Positions 18,821 to 29,106 of a DNA stretch of 64,000 nt are shown piece after piece. The DNA is from a virus, in IMG/VR virus record IMGVR_UViG_3300025405_000013, positions 6,339 through 70,338 of that record. The stretch is one strand, 5' to 3'. The notes below the pieces were generated by a model, which did no database searches, was not told the DNA's origin, and saw nothing but the letters and a program-made list of their open reading frames with translations. How positions within the stretch are numbered: position 1 is the first letter of the stretch; each line of letters opens with the position of its first letter. Made by a program: the position numbers and the translations under genes.

Positions 18821-19501
18821 ATGGCTACAACTCCCAATGTTGCAACAGAACAGACAGTAAAGCAGACAGTACGTGCTGCTACTCAAGGTGGTGCCAACAG
18901 CTATACTGCTCAGCCGCTTAGTTTAATTAACGCTGCAAACCTTACCAACGGCCTTTGGACCCTGCTCGTACCTAGTGGTACTAGTACCTTTACTATCCAG
19001 AGTTCACTCGGTACCACAGCAACCATCACCGGTTCCTTTACTAGTGGTACTACGGTTAGCGGTCTAGTTACTGCCCTGTCTACTACCGCTTTGAGTGGTG
19101 TAGCCTTTACGGTCAATGCCAACGGTGGTCAGTTCCTCGGTACTGGTGCTGTAGATCTCATCCTAGGTAGTGGTGTAAGCTTGAGTGTCAACTCTCTTAC
19201 CGGTGCTACTCCTACAATTACCAACGTTAGTGTTAGTACAGCCAATGAGACCATCGCTTACCCCAACTATGTAGGTACCCCCAATGCCACTCCCACCTGG
19301 GTAGATGACGCTACAGTTCACGCCTACCAGCTGGTCGGTAACGGTGTAGTGGCCACTAACTCCGGTATTGTTGAGCAAAAGCAAGTTCGTCAGATCCAGA
19401 CCAACTTCTCCGAAACTCAGGTATACAACGGTTACTTTACACTCTACAGTGGTAACCTTAACCAAACCAAGCAACGGAATACTAAGCAACAGCAGTGCTA
19501 G
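18821..19501 (+). CDS. Putative virion structural protein
   Basis: 226 aa, Thr/Ser/Gly-rich, almost no charged residues. Confidence 0.7.
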   Translation: MATTPNVATEQTVKQTVRAATQGGANSYTAQPLSLINAANLTNGLWTLLVPSGTSTFTIQSSLGTTATITGSFTSGTTVSGLVTALSTTALSGVAFTVNANGGQFLGTGAVDLILGSGVSLSVNSLTGATPTITNVSVSTANETIAYPNYVGTPNATPTWVDDATVHAYQLVGNGVVATNSGIVEQKQVRQIQTNFSETQVYNGYFTLYSGNLNQTKQRNTKQQQC

Positions 19502-19627
19502 ATGGAACATGAGCCTTTTAATGTAAAGGTCGAAGCAGTAATTATTAGAGCCAATGGTGACCGGGAAGATCTCGGCACCATTGGTTCTACTACTTTAAAG
19601 GACGATCATGAACACGGTATTGACTAG
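19502..19627 (+). CDS. Small ORF not in the track (41 aa, MEHEPFNVKVEAVIIRANGDREDLGTIG...)
   Basis: ATG directly after the previous TAG; fills the gap and overlaps the next start. Confidence 0.5.
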   Translation: MEHEPFNVKVEAVIIRANGDREDLGTIGSTTLKDDHEHGID

Positions 19628-21203
19628 TGCTACCAGAAGTAACCTGGTTCAAGCATTTTTGGGTAATTTTAGTACAGCATCAGGCAACTATCTTCCTCTT
19701 ACTGGCGGCACGATTAGTGGCAACTTAGTAGTTGTTTCAGGTTTAACTGTTAGTGGAACAGTTACTGCAACTGGTATCCAAATCACTGAAAGCCAAGTTA
19801 CAAATCTTACTTCTGACTTAACAAATATTTCAGGCGCACTGAATACGAACGCCAATAATATTGCCAACCTTAGTGGATCATTAACAACCCTAAGCGGTCA
19901 ATTTGTTACGTTATCTGGTCAGTATAACACTACTAGCGGGATTGTAACTACCGCAACAGGCAACATTGCTTCTCTAAGCGGTAGTCTTAACACCGTTAGT
20001 GGTGTAGCTTACGGTGCTTTACAACGTTCTGGTGGAACTATCACTGGTAACTTAACGGTTACTGGTTCTTCAACGTTCCAAGGTGGTGTATATTTCACCA
20101 GTCCTTATGTTGGTGGCATAGCAGCAACTTCTGGCCAGTCAATAGTTTACAATGGCACGCAATGGTTGCCAATCTCAATTAGTGGTGGTGGAGCCAGTGG
20201 TACCAATGCCACTACTCTACAAGGCTACCCCATTTCGTCTTCTACTCCAGCTAGCGGTCAAAGCTTGGTATGGAATAACACTGCGTGGACACCAATTACA
20301 ATTTCTGGTGGGACATCAGGCAATTTCTTGCCAATCTCAGGTGGAACAATATCAGGCAACTTAACAGTTGTCAGCGGTTTGACCGTTAGCGGTGCGGTAA
20401 CAGCAACTGGTATTCAGATTACCAAAAACCAAGTTACTGGTCTTGTAACTGATCTTACTAATATTAGTGGGAATATAACGACTACCAATTCTAATTTGGC
20501 TACACTTAGTGGCCAGTACGTATCTACTTCAGGGAGCTTGACAACTCTTAGTGGCCAGTATGTTGTAACTAGCGGCAATGTAACCACGCTAACCAGCCAG
20601 TTTGTAGCCTTGAGTGGATCATACGCAGTTACATCAGGCAACTTGAATACAGTTAGTGGTGTAGCTTATGCAGCGTTGCCATCAGCCGGTGGTTCTATCA
20701 CTGGCAACCTTGCTGTAGCAAGTGGTTTGACTGTAAGCGGAAATAACGTTCTTACCACTATCAGTGGCATTTCTGCCGCTGGTGACTTGATTGGAACTTA
20801 CCCAGCTCCAATCCTAAACGACACAGCAAACGTAAGAAGAATTGTCACCGGTATTATCGATGGTAATCCCCGTGTAATTACAGTCCCGGGCTCAGCAACA
20901 CCTTTATCTTCTGTAAACCCTGCTAATTATGATGTAGTATTAGTTAGCGGACAAGGCGTTTCAGTTACATCCATGGCATTTGCAAGCAATACAGTATCAG
21001 GTGAAAAAACAATACGCATTGCCTTCACCAATATTGCAGGGCCATTTAACATTCCTGGTTCTGCTTGGACAGCGGGAAGTTTTGAGCCTTCTAGCATTGC
21101 ACTGCCTACAGTTCCACCCTCTTCAGGTCGTGTAGATTACGCATTTGTTTGGGATCTAACGATTAACCCTAGTGGAGCTTGGCGCATTGTTGGAATCGTA
21201 TAA
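19608..21203 (+). CDS. Fibre-like protein with SG-heptad coiled coils
   Basis: YLPLTGGTISGNL repeats, LSGQFVT heptads, NATTLQGYPI..GQSLVWN..W repeats. Confidence 0.8.
   Translation: MNTVLTSATRSNLVQAFLGNFSTASGNYLPLTGGTISGNLVVVSGLTVSGTVTATGIQITESQVTNLTSDLTNISGALNTNANNIANLSGSLTTLSGQFVTLSGQYNTTSGIVTTATGNIASLSGSLNTVSGVAYGALQRSGGTITGNLTVTGSSTFQGGVYFTSPYVGGIAATSGQSIVYNGTQWLPISISGGGASGTNATTLQGYPISSSTPASGQSLVWNNTAWTPITISGGTSGNFLPISGGTISGNLTVVSGLTVSGAVTATGIQITKNQVTGLVTDLTNISGNITTTNSNLATLSGQYVSTSGSLTTLSGQYVVTSGNVTTLTSQFVALSGSYAVTSGNLNTVSGVAYAALPSAGGSITGNLAVASGLTVSGNNVLTTISGISAAGDLIGTYPAPILNDTANVRRIVTGIIDGNPRVITVPGSATPLSSVNPANYDVVLVSGQGVSVTSMAFASNTVSGEKTIRIAFTNIAGPFNIPGSAWTAGSFEPSSIALPTVPPSSGRVDYAFVWDLTINPSGAWRIVGIV
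19985..20035 (+). repeat. Exact 51-bp direct repeat, copy 1
   Basis: TCTTAACACCGTTAGTGGTGTAGCTTACGGTGCTTTACAACGTTCTGGTGG, identical at 26839-26889. Confidence 0.9.
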
Positions 21204-24200
21204 TGGCTGACTACGCTTTTCAAATTGTTAGTGGGTACCCTAACACTTGGTACTGGAATCAACCACAGGTTAACTGGGGTTATCCTGACGTAACCATTAC
21301 TGGTGCATACTATAACAACCCGGTTACGTATACGGGTGGTCCAATTACCAATGCTATTTCTTATAACATTGGTGTCTCCGCTACGATCAGTGGCGCAAAT
21401 TTATCCAATTCAACCCCTACTTATTTTGTTAGTGGAACCAATCCTTTTGTAGTTGGACAACTTGTAAGAACAAAAAACATTGTCTCAACAAGTGGGTTGT
21501 TTAACGTCTTTGCAACCATAACGCGTGTAACAACATCTTCTTTTACTACAAACGCAACAGTTTCTGGTGATAGTTATAGTTCTGGTGGTTTTGCTTATGG
21601 GCAAAGCACTGTAAACATTAATAACATCACTGTAAGCGGTAGTAGCAGTCCATATACAATTACTTTTAATACAGCCGGTGGGTATGCCAATCCATTTGTG
21701 GTCGGAGAGCCAATAAGCGTATTTGAAACATCTCCGACTATATTTAGTGATAACTGGGTGGTAACTTCAGTTACTGCTTCCTCTTTTAGTGTGCAGTCTA
21801 CATCGTCAGCTTTTGCTGGCATTTCTGGTTCTGGTGGGTTTGCTGATTCTAATGGTGGTGCACTATATATATGTAACAACAACTTCATCCCAGGTCAATT
21901 GGTTACTGTAACTGGTGCTACAGGAAATGCTGGATCTGGGACAGCTTTTAACATTACGGCTCTGCCAATTACTTCTTGTACAGCATCAAGTTTTTATGTT
22001 GCATATAACAACTATGTAACTGACCTTTATGTGTCAGGTGGTAACCCTTCAATTTCCCCAACTGTAACATATCTAGGATCTAATAATTTTGTAGTTGGCC
22101 AAACCGTTGTAATCACTGGAACGACTCCAAATGATTACAACCAAAACCAACAGATAGTAGGAACCACTAGCGGTGGTTTTCAAATATTTCCCACTTCAGT
22201 TCCTAGTAGCGGATACTCATCAGGTGGTATTGCATCTGTATTCCCAGTGAATGGCGACTCTGTTACCTTTTATGGGCTTTCGGCACCAGTGACAACTTCC
22301 GGAAACATTAACCTTGGCAATGGTAGGATTAGCATATATAATAACTCTTCTTTATCGTTGAGTGGCTCTTATATAGGTAATCTTTATTTAGATACCAATG
22401 GTAATTTTACAACTAACAACAATAGCTGTACATTATCAACGTTAACTGCAAATAACTTATCTACTATTAATTTTGGGTCTTCCAATATTGTTATCAATAG
22501 CGGTCCAACATCATCTGGAGACTTAACTCCAACTATTGCAATTAATGGAAGTGTTACAAGTCAATACTCAGCAGGCGCATCAATCGTTCTTAGCAATACG
22601 CTCCCTTATGGTTCTGTGGTTAGTTATAACGGCACATCAACTACATTGCCTCCGATTACGTATAGTGGTCAAGGCCCTTTGTATTTCTATGATGCTACTG
22701 GTACAGGTTCTACATTCCCTCTTTCCAACCTGACATTCTCTCCAACACTGTCAACCACTACATCAGGCAATAATTTAATTATCTCTAGTGGATCAAACCT
22801 CGTAATCAATGGGCTTTTCACCGTATCTGGCATCAATCAATTTACTAATGGGGTTGGACACGTACCAACTTATATCGCCAGTGATCAATCTATTGTGTAT
22901 ACACCTAGTTGGTCATACACACCATCAACAATTACAGCAAGTAGTCTTGCAATCAAATATGTTATTTTTCAAAATATTAAAGTATCAGGAGTTGCTAACT
23001 GGTCTTCACCAGATGCAACCGGTTGGGGAGATGGCGGCGGTAATAGTGGTATTACTTTTAGTCCTTCTATATCAGGGTATTTTTACAACGCAGCAGTAAC
23101 TTCAGGAAACTGGTCTGACGCCAAATGGTATACATCTACTAGCGGAAACGGTGGGGTAGTTCGCAATCCATTGCCACAAGATATTGCTGTTTTTGACAAA
23201 AATTCAGCTAAATCGAACGCAACAATCAAAGTAGATCCACCATTAATCCCTGGGTTTAATGCAACAACTTTTACAGGGACTTTAAACTTTTTTAACCCCA
23301 ACTATTTTATCTTTAGTAGTATTTCATTGGGGTCAAAAACTACGGGCAGTCCTAACTGGATTTTGCTTGGTAGCAATGTCAATACAATTACCTCAAATGG
23401 ATATAAATGGCCGCGTGCTACTTATATTGATCTATACCCCGGATCAACTGTAATGTTGCAAGACAATTTCTCTACCGCATTAGCTTTAACAGTTAATAGT
23501 GGAACACTATCTGCTAATAATCCCAATATTAACTCAGTTGTTTTGCAAAACTTTACCGTTGGACCTAGCGGTAAAGTTATTATGGGTGGCACTTCATCTA
23601 ACCCCCAAGCGTGGGCTGTTTCAGGTACTTGGACGTTTAAAAATACTTCATCAGGTGCACTAACAAGTAACTATGGATCAATTCAATTAACTAACTTAAG
23701 TACCTCAACTTTTTATGGCGGTAACCAACAATATTATTCACTGACTATGCCTAGCGGTGCGTCATACACTGCATATACAACTTTTACAATTAGTGGGAAC
23801 AATTCATTTACTAATTTTATTGGTCCAAAGACAGCAACCTCACCTAGCCCTTCGCCATTGCAACAAACAAATGGATTTGGTTGGACAGTTAATTTTAACG
23901 GTAACAATTCATTTAATTCATTGCTTTTTTACCCAATGACAACCGTAGGTTTCCAAGGTACAAAGCAAACCATAAACTATCTAAATGCAAACAGCTTTAG
24001 AACATATGGTAACATATTTGATAACACTATCACGAATGTTTCTGGCAATGCTTCTCAGTATCAAACAAATGGCGACGTAGATGTTCGTACGTTTATAAAT
24101 CCAGTTTCATGGCAGCCAACTACTGCTACAGCAATTATCAAAGATAGCACTGGGGCAGATGGCTGGACATTCGGACTTAATCCAGCCACAGGGAATAACT

Positions 24201-25195
24201 TAGGTTTATACTTTTCTTATAAAGATTCAACTGGGATCATCAATACTGTAAGTGGCACTCTATCACTTAATAGCATCCCAACAAATGCTAGTTGGGTTAA
24301 TGTAACAAGATCGCAAAGCACTGGAGTCGTTACTTTTAACTATTCTCCAGATCCAGGCACTGGTGATTTACCAATAACGTGGCCATATTCGGTTTCAGTG
24401 ACATCAGCAACTGGGTCGATTACAATGGGGCAAAAACCAGCTATTATTGCTGGATCAACCAACTTTGGTCAGTTCCTGAGAGCACAAGTATACAACGGAA
24501 TTAGCGGGTATAATCCATCACCTTACTATATTGGTAGCTCTGTGTCTGTTTCAGGAGCAACTTACACGATTACTTCTGGAGCATATACTTATATTTACCA
24601 ACTTGTAAGTCCGCTTGCAAACACTAACGATTTCCACATTGGTGCAAATGTTAACGTGACTGGGTTTAGTGGCGGTGTTAACCCAGCTAGCAATCCATAT
24701 AACGGATCTTATGTTGTTAGCAATGCTGTCGTTAGTGGTACTACGTTCTCGGTAATAGGTAGTGGTGTCCCGACTGCAACAGTTGGTGATTTTCCAGGCC
24801 CTGACCAGGATTTTTATGCATTAGCATCAATAATTACTGCATGGTGGCCTTCAACTTCAAGCACTTCTGGTACAACAACCCAACCACCATCAGGAACATA
24901 CGTTGGTCCTGTGCTCGATTTGAATTTTACAACTGTTCCATTTGGCACTTATTCATTCAATGAATCATCAAAATATGGTTCTGTATGGAACACAATCTCT
25001 AACCGTGACGGTGCATTGATCATAAATGGTGGAACATTATCAGTAGCATCCGTTGCAACTATGAATTACGTTGTCTTGAATGGTGTTACTGCCAGTGGTA
25101 ATCCAATATACGCTTTGAATTCAACACTCAAAGGTACCAACAATAACGTACTTACAAGCAATTTCCCGATGTATTACACGCAAAGATTGGGCTAG
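21203..25195 (+). CDS. Large beta-rich adhesin/fibre-like protein (start probably ATG 21203)
   Basis: Repeated N-x-F-V-V-G-Q-x-V domains; very low charge; TAATG coupling. Confidence 0.75.
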   Translation: MADYAFQIVSGYPNTWYWNQPQVNWGYPDVTITGAYYNNPVTYTGGPITNAISYNIGVSATISGANLSNSTPTYFVSGTNPFVVGQLVRTKNIVSTSGLFNVFATITRVTTSSFTTNATVSGDSYSSGGFAYGQSTVNINNITVSGSSSPYTITFNTAGGYANPFVVGEPISVFETSPTIFSDNWVVTSVTASSFSVQSTSSAFAGISGSGGFADSNGGALYICNNNFIPGQLVTVTGATGNAGSGTAFNITALPITSCTASSFYVAYNNYVTDLYVSGGNPSISPTVTYLGSNNFVVGQTVVITGTTPNDYNQNQQIVGTTSGGFQIFPTSVPSSGYSSGGIASVFPVNGDSVTFYGLSAPVTTSGNINLGNGRISIYNNSSLSLSGSYIGNLYLDTNGNFTTNNNSCTLSTLTANNLSTINFGSSNIVINSGPTSSGDLTPTIAINGSVTSQYSAGASIVLSNTLPYGSVVSYNGTSTTLPPITYSGQGPLYFYDATGTGSTFPLSNLTFSPTLSTTTSGNNLIISSGSNLVINGLFTVSGINQFTNGVGHVPTYIASDQSIVYTPSWSYTPSTITASSLAIKYVIFQNIKVSGVANWSSPDATGWGDGGGNSGITFSPSISGYFYNAAVTSGNWSDAKWYTSTSGNGGVVRNPLPQDIAVFDKNSAKSNATIKVDPPLIPGFNATTFTGTLNFFNPNYFIFSSISLGSKTTGSPNWILLGSNVNTITSNGYKWPRATYIDLYPGSTVMLQDNFSTALALTVNSGTLSANNPNINSVVLQNFTVGPSGKVIMGGTSSNPQAWAVSGTWTFKNTSSGALTSNYGSIQLTNLSTSTFYGGNQQYYSLTMPSGASYTAYTTFTISGNNSFTNFIGPKTATSPSPSPLQQTNGFGWTVNFNGNNSFNSLLFYPMTTVGFQGTKQTINYLNANSFRTYGNIFDNTITNVSGNASQYQTNGDVDVRTFINPVSWQPTTATAIIKDSTGADGWTFGLNPATGNNLGLYFSYKDSTGIINTVSGTLSLNSIPTNASWVNVTRSQSTGVVTFNYSPDPGTGDLPITWPYSVSVTSATGSITMGQKPAIIAGSTNFGQFLRAQVYNGISGYNPSPYYIGSSVSVSGATYTITSGAYTYIYQLVSPLANTNDFHIGANVNVTGFSGGVNPASNPYNGSYVVSNAVVSGTTFSVIGSGVPTATVGDFPGPDQDFYALASIITAWWPSTSSTSGTTTQPPSGTYVGPVLDLNFTTVPFGTYSFNESSKYGSVWNTISNRDGALIINGGTLSVASVATMNYVVLNGVTASGNPIYALNSTLKGTNNNVLTSNFPMYYTQRLG

Positions 25196-25200
25196 ATAAT

Positions 25201-25737
25201 ATGGCAAATAATTTTTATATTGGTTGGGGAACGGGTAGTGGTACCGCTTCAGCAACAGACATATCTCTTTTTAACCCCGTAGGAACAGTTATTTCTGGTA
25301 CGACCAGCGCTTTTACTACCTCTACTTCTGGAGATACTTTTATATCTACTGGTTTGTTGACTGCGAACAATCTCTACTCAATTACCGAGGTCGGCCTTTT
25401 TGATAGTAATTCTAGTTCAACCGTTAGTTCATTGTCAAATCAAGTTAACCCCACAGATACCACAATTACTGTCAGCGGTTACAACCTTTTTCCAGCTACG
25501 TTCCCGTTCAATATCCAAGTCACTTCAGAAGTAATGACTGTAATTTCTGGTAATGGGACCAATAGCTTCAATGTAATTAGGGCTACAAATGGCTCTAGTA
25601 AGGTGACAAGTATTATTCCTTCGCTTACTCCAGTAGTGTTGCCAAATAGCAACATGTATATCAAAAGTACTTTTGCTGGTATCCATTTGTTTCCTGAAGA
25701 TAGCGTTCTGTTTAAAGTAATTGTCCAATTTTCTTAG
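25201..25737 (+). CDS. Virion protein of the YIGWGTG...ITEVGLFD type
   Basis: Motifs typical of fibre-anchor/collar proteins (recalled, not searched). Confidence 0.65.
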   Translation: MANNFYIGWGTGSGTASATDISLFNPVGTVISGTTSAFTTSTSGDTFISTGLLTANNLYSITEVGLFDSNSSSTVSSLSNQVNPTDTTITVSGYNLFPATFPFNIQVTSEVMTVISGNGTNSFNVIRATNGSSKVTSIIPSLTPVVLPNSNMYIKSTFAGIHLFPEDSVLFKVIVQFS

Positions 25738-25747
25738 GAAATAACTG

Positions 25748-28700
25748 ATGGCTTACCCAGACTACACAACTCCTAGATCTCTCGCAGGTGCTGCTACACC
25801 CACGTACCTTTCTGCAACGCTTATCAGTGGGTACACAAGCGGTCAAGCATTGACCTTGGCAAATACAGCAGGTTGGTACGAAGTAAGCTCGAGCGGCACT
25901 GCCACTACTAACCCCCTTGGAACTAGTGGTGTTTTCACCCTTGTAGTTGACTACGGCTTGGGCACGGAAGAGAAGATCCTTTGTGCTTCAGGTGCTATCA
26001 CTATTGGTGCAAACGCAGTAATCCCTGTATGGACTGATGGCACATACAATGGACGTGGCTGGGATGGAACGACTCCTTACGCTCACGCTATCGGCACTTC
26101 ATCGGGATTCAATGTATTCCCTGTTAGAACAGCTGTAGATGATCTTCAATTCAACACATCAGCGTCTATGCTAACTAACAACTACATAGCCCTTAGTGGC
26201 ACCGTAAGTGGCCAGGGTAGCCAAATTACAACCATATCGAATAATCAAATTGTTGATGAGACAAACATCAATAACATTTCAATTCAGCTGGAATACGTTG
26301 CTAACAAACAAATTGTAGATGAAGCAAATATTGTCAGCTTGTCAGGTAGTTTGGCAACTCTTTCTGGTCAGTTTGTAGCGCTAAGCGGTTCATACGCTTC
26401 TACGTCGGGTAGCCTCAATACTGTTAGCGGCGTGGCATATGGAGCTCTGCAAAGATCAGGCGGTACGATCAGTGGTGCATTGAACATCACCAGCCCCATC
26501 ATTGGTGGTGTAACTGCTACCAGCGGGCAAGCTATCGTATGGAATAGCACACAATGGGTGCCAGCAACGGTTAGCGGTGGAGGAAGCGGTGGAGGAATCA
26601 CTTCACTTACTGGTGACGTTACTGCAACTGGGACAGGAGCTGTAGCTGCAACCTTAGTTGGCACCACAGCAGTTAGCGGTGTTGTTAATGCCATCATCAA
26701 TGCCAACTCAACGGTAACAGGGACTGTTGCTAATCTTGCTACGCTTTCAGGTCAGTTCGTTACTTTGAGCGGTGCATACAACACAACATCTGGTATTGTT
26801 ACTGGACACACGAGCTCTATCGCTCTAATTTCAGGCAATCTTAACACCGTTAGTGGTGTAGCTTACGGTGCTTTACAACGTTCTGGTGGCACAATCTCTG
26901 GTGCTCTGACAGTCCTTAGTGGTTTAACTGCTAGCGGTGCAATCACCTTCAATGGATCAACAGTACCTTCTGGTGTACTAGTTAATGGTTATAACTTCGT
27001 TGTGCGTACTACGAGCACAACATCAGGATCACCATGCACAGTTGATGAGTTCACCTGGACTACAGGCAGTGGTTTAACATTCTATTTGCCATCAAACCCA
27101 CCATCTGGTTCTACCTATGGTATTTATGCTCACCCAGCTAGTGGTCCAATTACATTGAACGGCAATGGAACTACCATTGCTCCATTTAACTCGACAAGCG
27201 GAACCACAACATATTCAACGCAGAATGCTGGTGTTGAAATGTCTTTCTTTGTATATAACGGTACTTTCTGGAACATGTTGTTCTCCAACAACATGTCAAA
27301 CACTTCTGCCGGTAAGCTTTCTGTCAATAACGGTGGTACGGGCTCTCAGCTTACTGCTACAAGTGGTTCAATGCTTATTGGTAATGGATCTGTCTACACT
27401 AACTTAGCAATTGGTACAAGCGGTACTGCTCTCGTATCTAATGGAGCCACAGCAGCATGGACAGGAAACTTTGTTCCGACATCTGGTGGAACAATATCTG
27501 GATCATTGACCGTGACAGGTGCCATCACCGTTGGTAGTGAAATGGATGCAGGCAACTTAAACGTAGGCGGTAACATCACTGTAACCGGCACAGCTACACA
27601 GATTGGCAATGCTACGTTTAGTGGTACCGTTGCAGTCACAAGTGGTATTACTGGTCAATATTCCTCGTCTACTGGTCTCACGGGTGCAACGGCTGGCGCT
27701 CGCTTCGTCGGTGGCACGGTTAACGGCGCACCAACTTCAGGAACGTGGACGGTTGGTGACTTTGTTATTGACCAGACCGCAACCGTGTGGGTTTACACCG
27801 GCTCAACGGCTGGCTGGTCTACCACTATCTCGAACCACCTTGTCCTGCGCTCGGCAACGGCAACGGTCGGACGCAACGAGATAACGGTATTCACCGGAGC
27901 CGCAGGTCAAACGCTTTCGACACCCAGCAACCCCATTGACGGTTCCTCCTGGACACTCATTAACAACAGCGCCAACCCAGTTACGTTGAGTTTTGCTAAC
28001 TCTATGTACCCACTCGGTTCGGGCTCAAGCGTTACCACCTACACCTTGTCCGCCTATGGCACGTTGAGTTTTGTGAACTACAACGGCGGCAATTGGTACA
28101 TGACAAACAGCAACAACTTGTCAAACCTCATTGGAACGCTGTCGCTTACCAGCAACGTAACCGGAACGCTCGCAGTTGCTAACGGTGGCACGAACCTCAC
28201 CTCCGTCGGCTCTAACGGCACGGTGTTGACCTCAAACGGCTCATCGCTCTCCTACGCCACCCCAGTCGCCATGACCCCACCGTCGCTCAACGGTCTAACT
28301 GCATGGACGTATGACGCAGCAACAAACACGGTGGCTACGGGTGGTCTAACGCTGGCGACCAGCACGGTCTACTTCATGGCGGTCTACCTCCAAGCGGGCG
28401 TGACCTACTCCAACGTCTATGTCATCATCGCCACGGGTGTCGGTAGCAGTTACGTCACGGTCGGCCTCTACAATGCCACGACGCAGTTGGCTGTCACGGG
28501 TAACATCGCCACGACGCCACCGAGCAACACGCAGGCTTCCGGCAGTTTCGGCACCGCCTACACCCCGACCAACTCGGGTGTCTACTGGCTCGGCATAATT
28601 ACGTCGACGGCGGCAAGCCACCTGTTCGCCTACAACCAGACCACGGCGGCAGCCATCAACGTCGGCCCCAACACGGTCGCGGCGAACACCCTCAACCAGC

Positions 28701-28795
28701 GTTGCAGTACGTTGACCGGCTTTACCTCGCTCCCCACGACCATCTCGGGAACCCCAGCAGTTAGCGGCTCGCCCATCTGGGTCGGTCTGTCATGA
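25748..28795 (+). CDS. Mosaic tail/head fibre protein
   Basis: Shares heptad and GGTISG repeats with 19608 and 44997; GC-richer 3' third. Confidence 0.8.
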   Translation: MAYPDYTTPRSLAGAATPTYLSATLISGYTSGQALTLANTAGWYEVSSSGTATTNPLGTSGVFTLVVDYGLGTEEKILCASGAITIGANAVIPVWTDGTYNGRGWDGTTPYAHAIGTSSGFNVFPVRTAVDDLQFNTSASMLTNNYIALSGTVSGQGSQITTISNNQIVDETNINNISIQLEYVANKQIVDEANIVSLSGSLATLSGQFVALSGSYASTSGSLNTVSGVAYGALQRSGGTISGALNITSPIIGGVTATSGQAIVWNSTQWVPATVSGGGSGGGITSLTGDVTATGTGAVAATLVGTTAVSGVVNAIINANSTVTGTVANLATLSGQFVTLSGAYNTTSGIVTGHTSSIALISGNLNTVSGVAYGALQRSGGTISGALTVLSGLTASGAITFNGSTVPSGVLVNGYNFVVRTTSTTSGSPCTVDEFTWTTGSGLTFYLPSNPPSGSTYGIYAHPASGPITLNGNGTTIAPFNSTSGTTTYSTQNAGVEMSFFVYNGTFWNMLFSNNMSNTSAGKLSVNNGGTGSQLTATSGSMLIGNGSVYTNLAIGTSGTALVSNGATAAWTGNFVPTSGGTISGSLTVTGAITVGSEMDAGNLNVGGNITVTGTATQIGNATFSGTVAVTSGITGQYSSSTGLTGATAGARFVGGTVNGAPTSGTWTVGDFVIDQTATVWVYTGSTAGWSTTISNHLVLRSATATVGRNEITVFTGAAGQTLSTPSNPIDGSSWTLINNSANPVTLSFANSMYPLGSGSSVTTYTLSAYGTLSFVNYNGGNWYMTNSNNLSNLIGTLSLTSNVTGTLAVANGGTNLTSVGSNGTVLTSNGSSLSYATPVAMTPPSLNGLTAWTYDAATNTVATGGLTLATSTVYFMAVYLQAGVTYSNVYVIIATGVGSSYVTVGLYNATTQLAVTGNIATTPPSNTQASGSFGTAYTPTNSGVYWLGIITSTAASHLFAYNQTTAAAINVGPNTVAANTLNQRCSTLTGFTSLPTTISGTPAVSGSPIWVGLS
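26839..26889 (+). repeat. Exact 51-bp direct repeat, copy 2
   Basis: Identical to 19985-20035. Confidence 0.9.
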
Positions 28796-29106
28796 CCTCG
28801 CGCAAGAATTACACGCGCCCCTATTTCGGCGCAGGCTTCGTCGGTTGGTTTCTCGGCAAACTGGGTCACAAGACCTCACCAGGCACGGTGGAGGGCGCAT
28901 CAAACGCCAACTACAACGCCACATTTGGTGCACGTTCTGGTACTTCTAGAGTTTCATATCTTGACTATTATTTAGCACCTTCAACACTAACTAATCAAAC
29001 ATATGTTTCTCCACAATCCAGCTCTGCCTATTTAGTCCCAGCAGTTTATGGATACACTATTAGCCCAGCTTCAAATGGCAACATGTTTTTAGCAATAAGG
29101 TTCTAA
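28792..29106 (+). CDS. Chimeric ORF or remnant; C-terminal ~60 aa paralogous to 47043..47720
   Basis: ARSGTSRVSYLDYYLAPS...YVSPQS...PASNGNMFLA aligns with ARNGTTRMVFLDYLIAPS...YVSPQS...PASNGNMFLA. Confidence 0.6.
   Translation: MTSRKNYTRPYFGAGFVGWFLGKLGHKTSPGTVEGASNANYNATFGARSGTSRVSYLDYYLAPSTLTNQTYVSPQSSSAYLVPAVYGYTISPASNGNMFLAIRF

Noticed and set aside
19608-28795. CRISPR array or invertase shufflon in the repeat-rich fibre region
   Set aside because: Repeats are in-frame coding modules in direct orientation without regular spacers; no cas or recombinase gene is seen.
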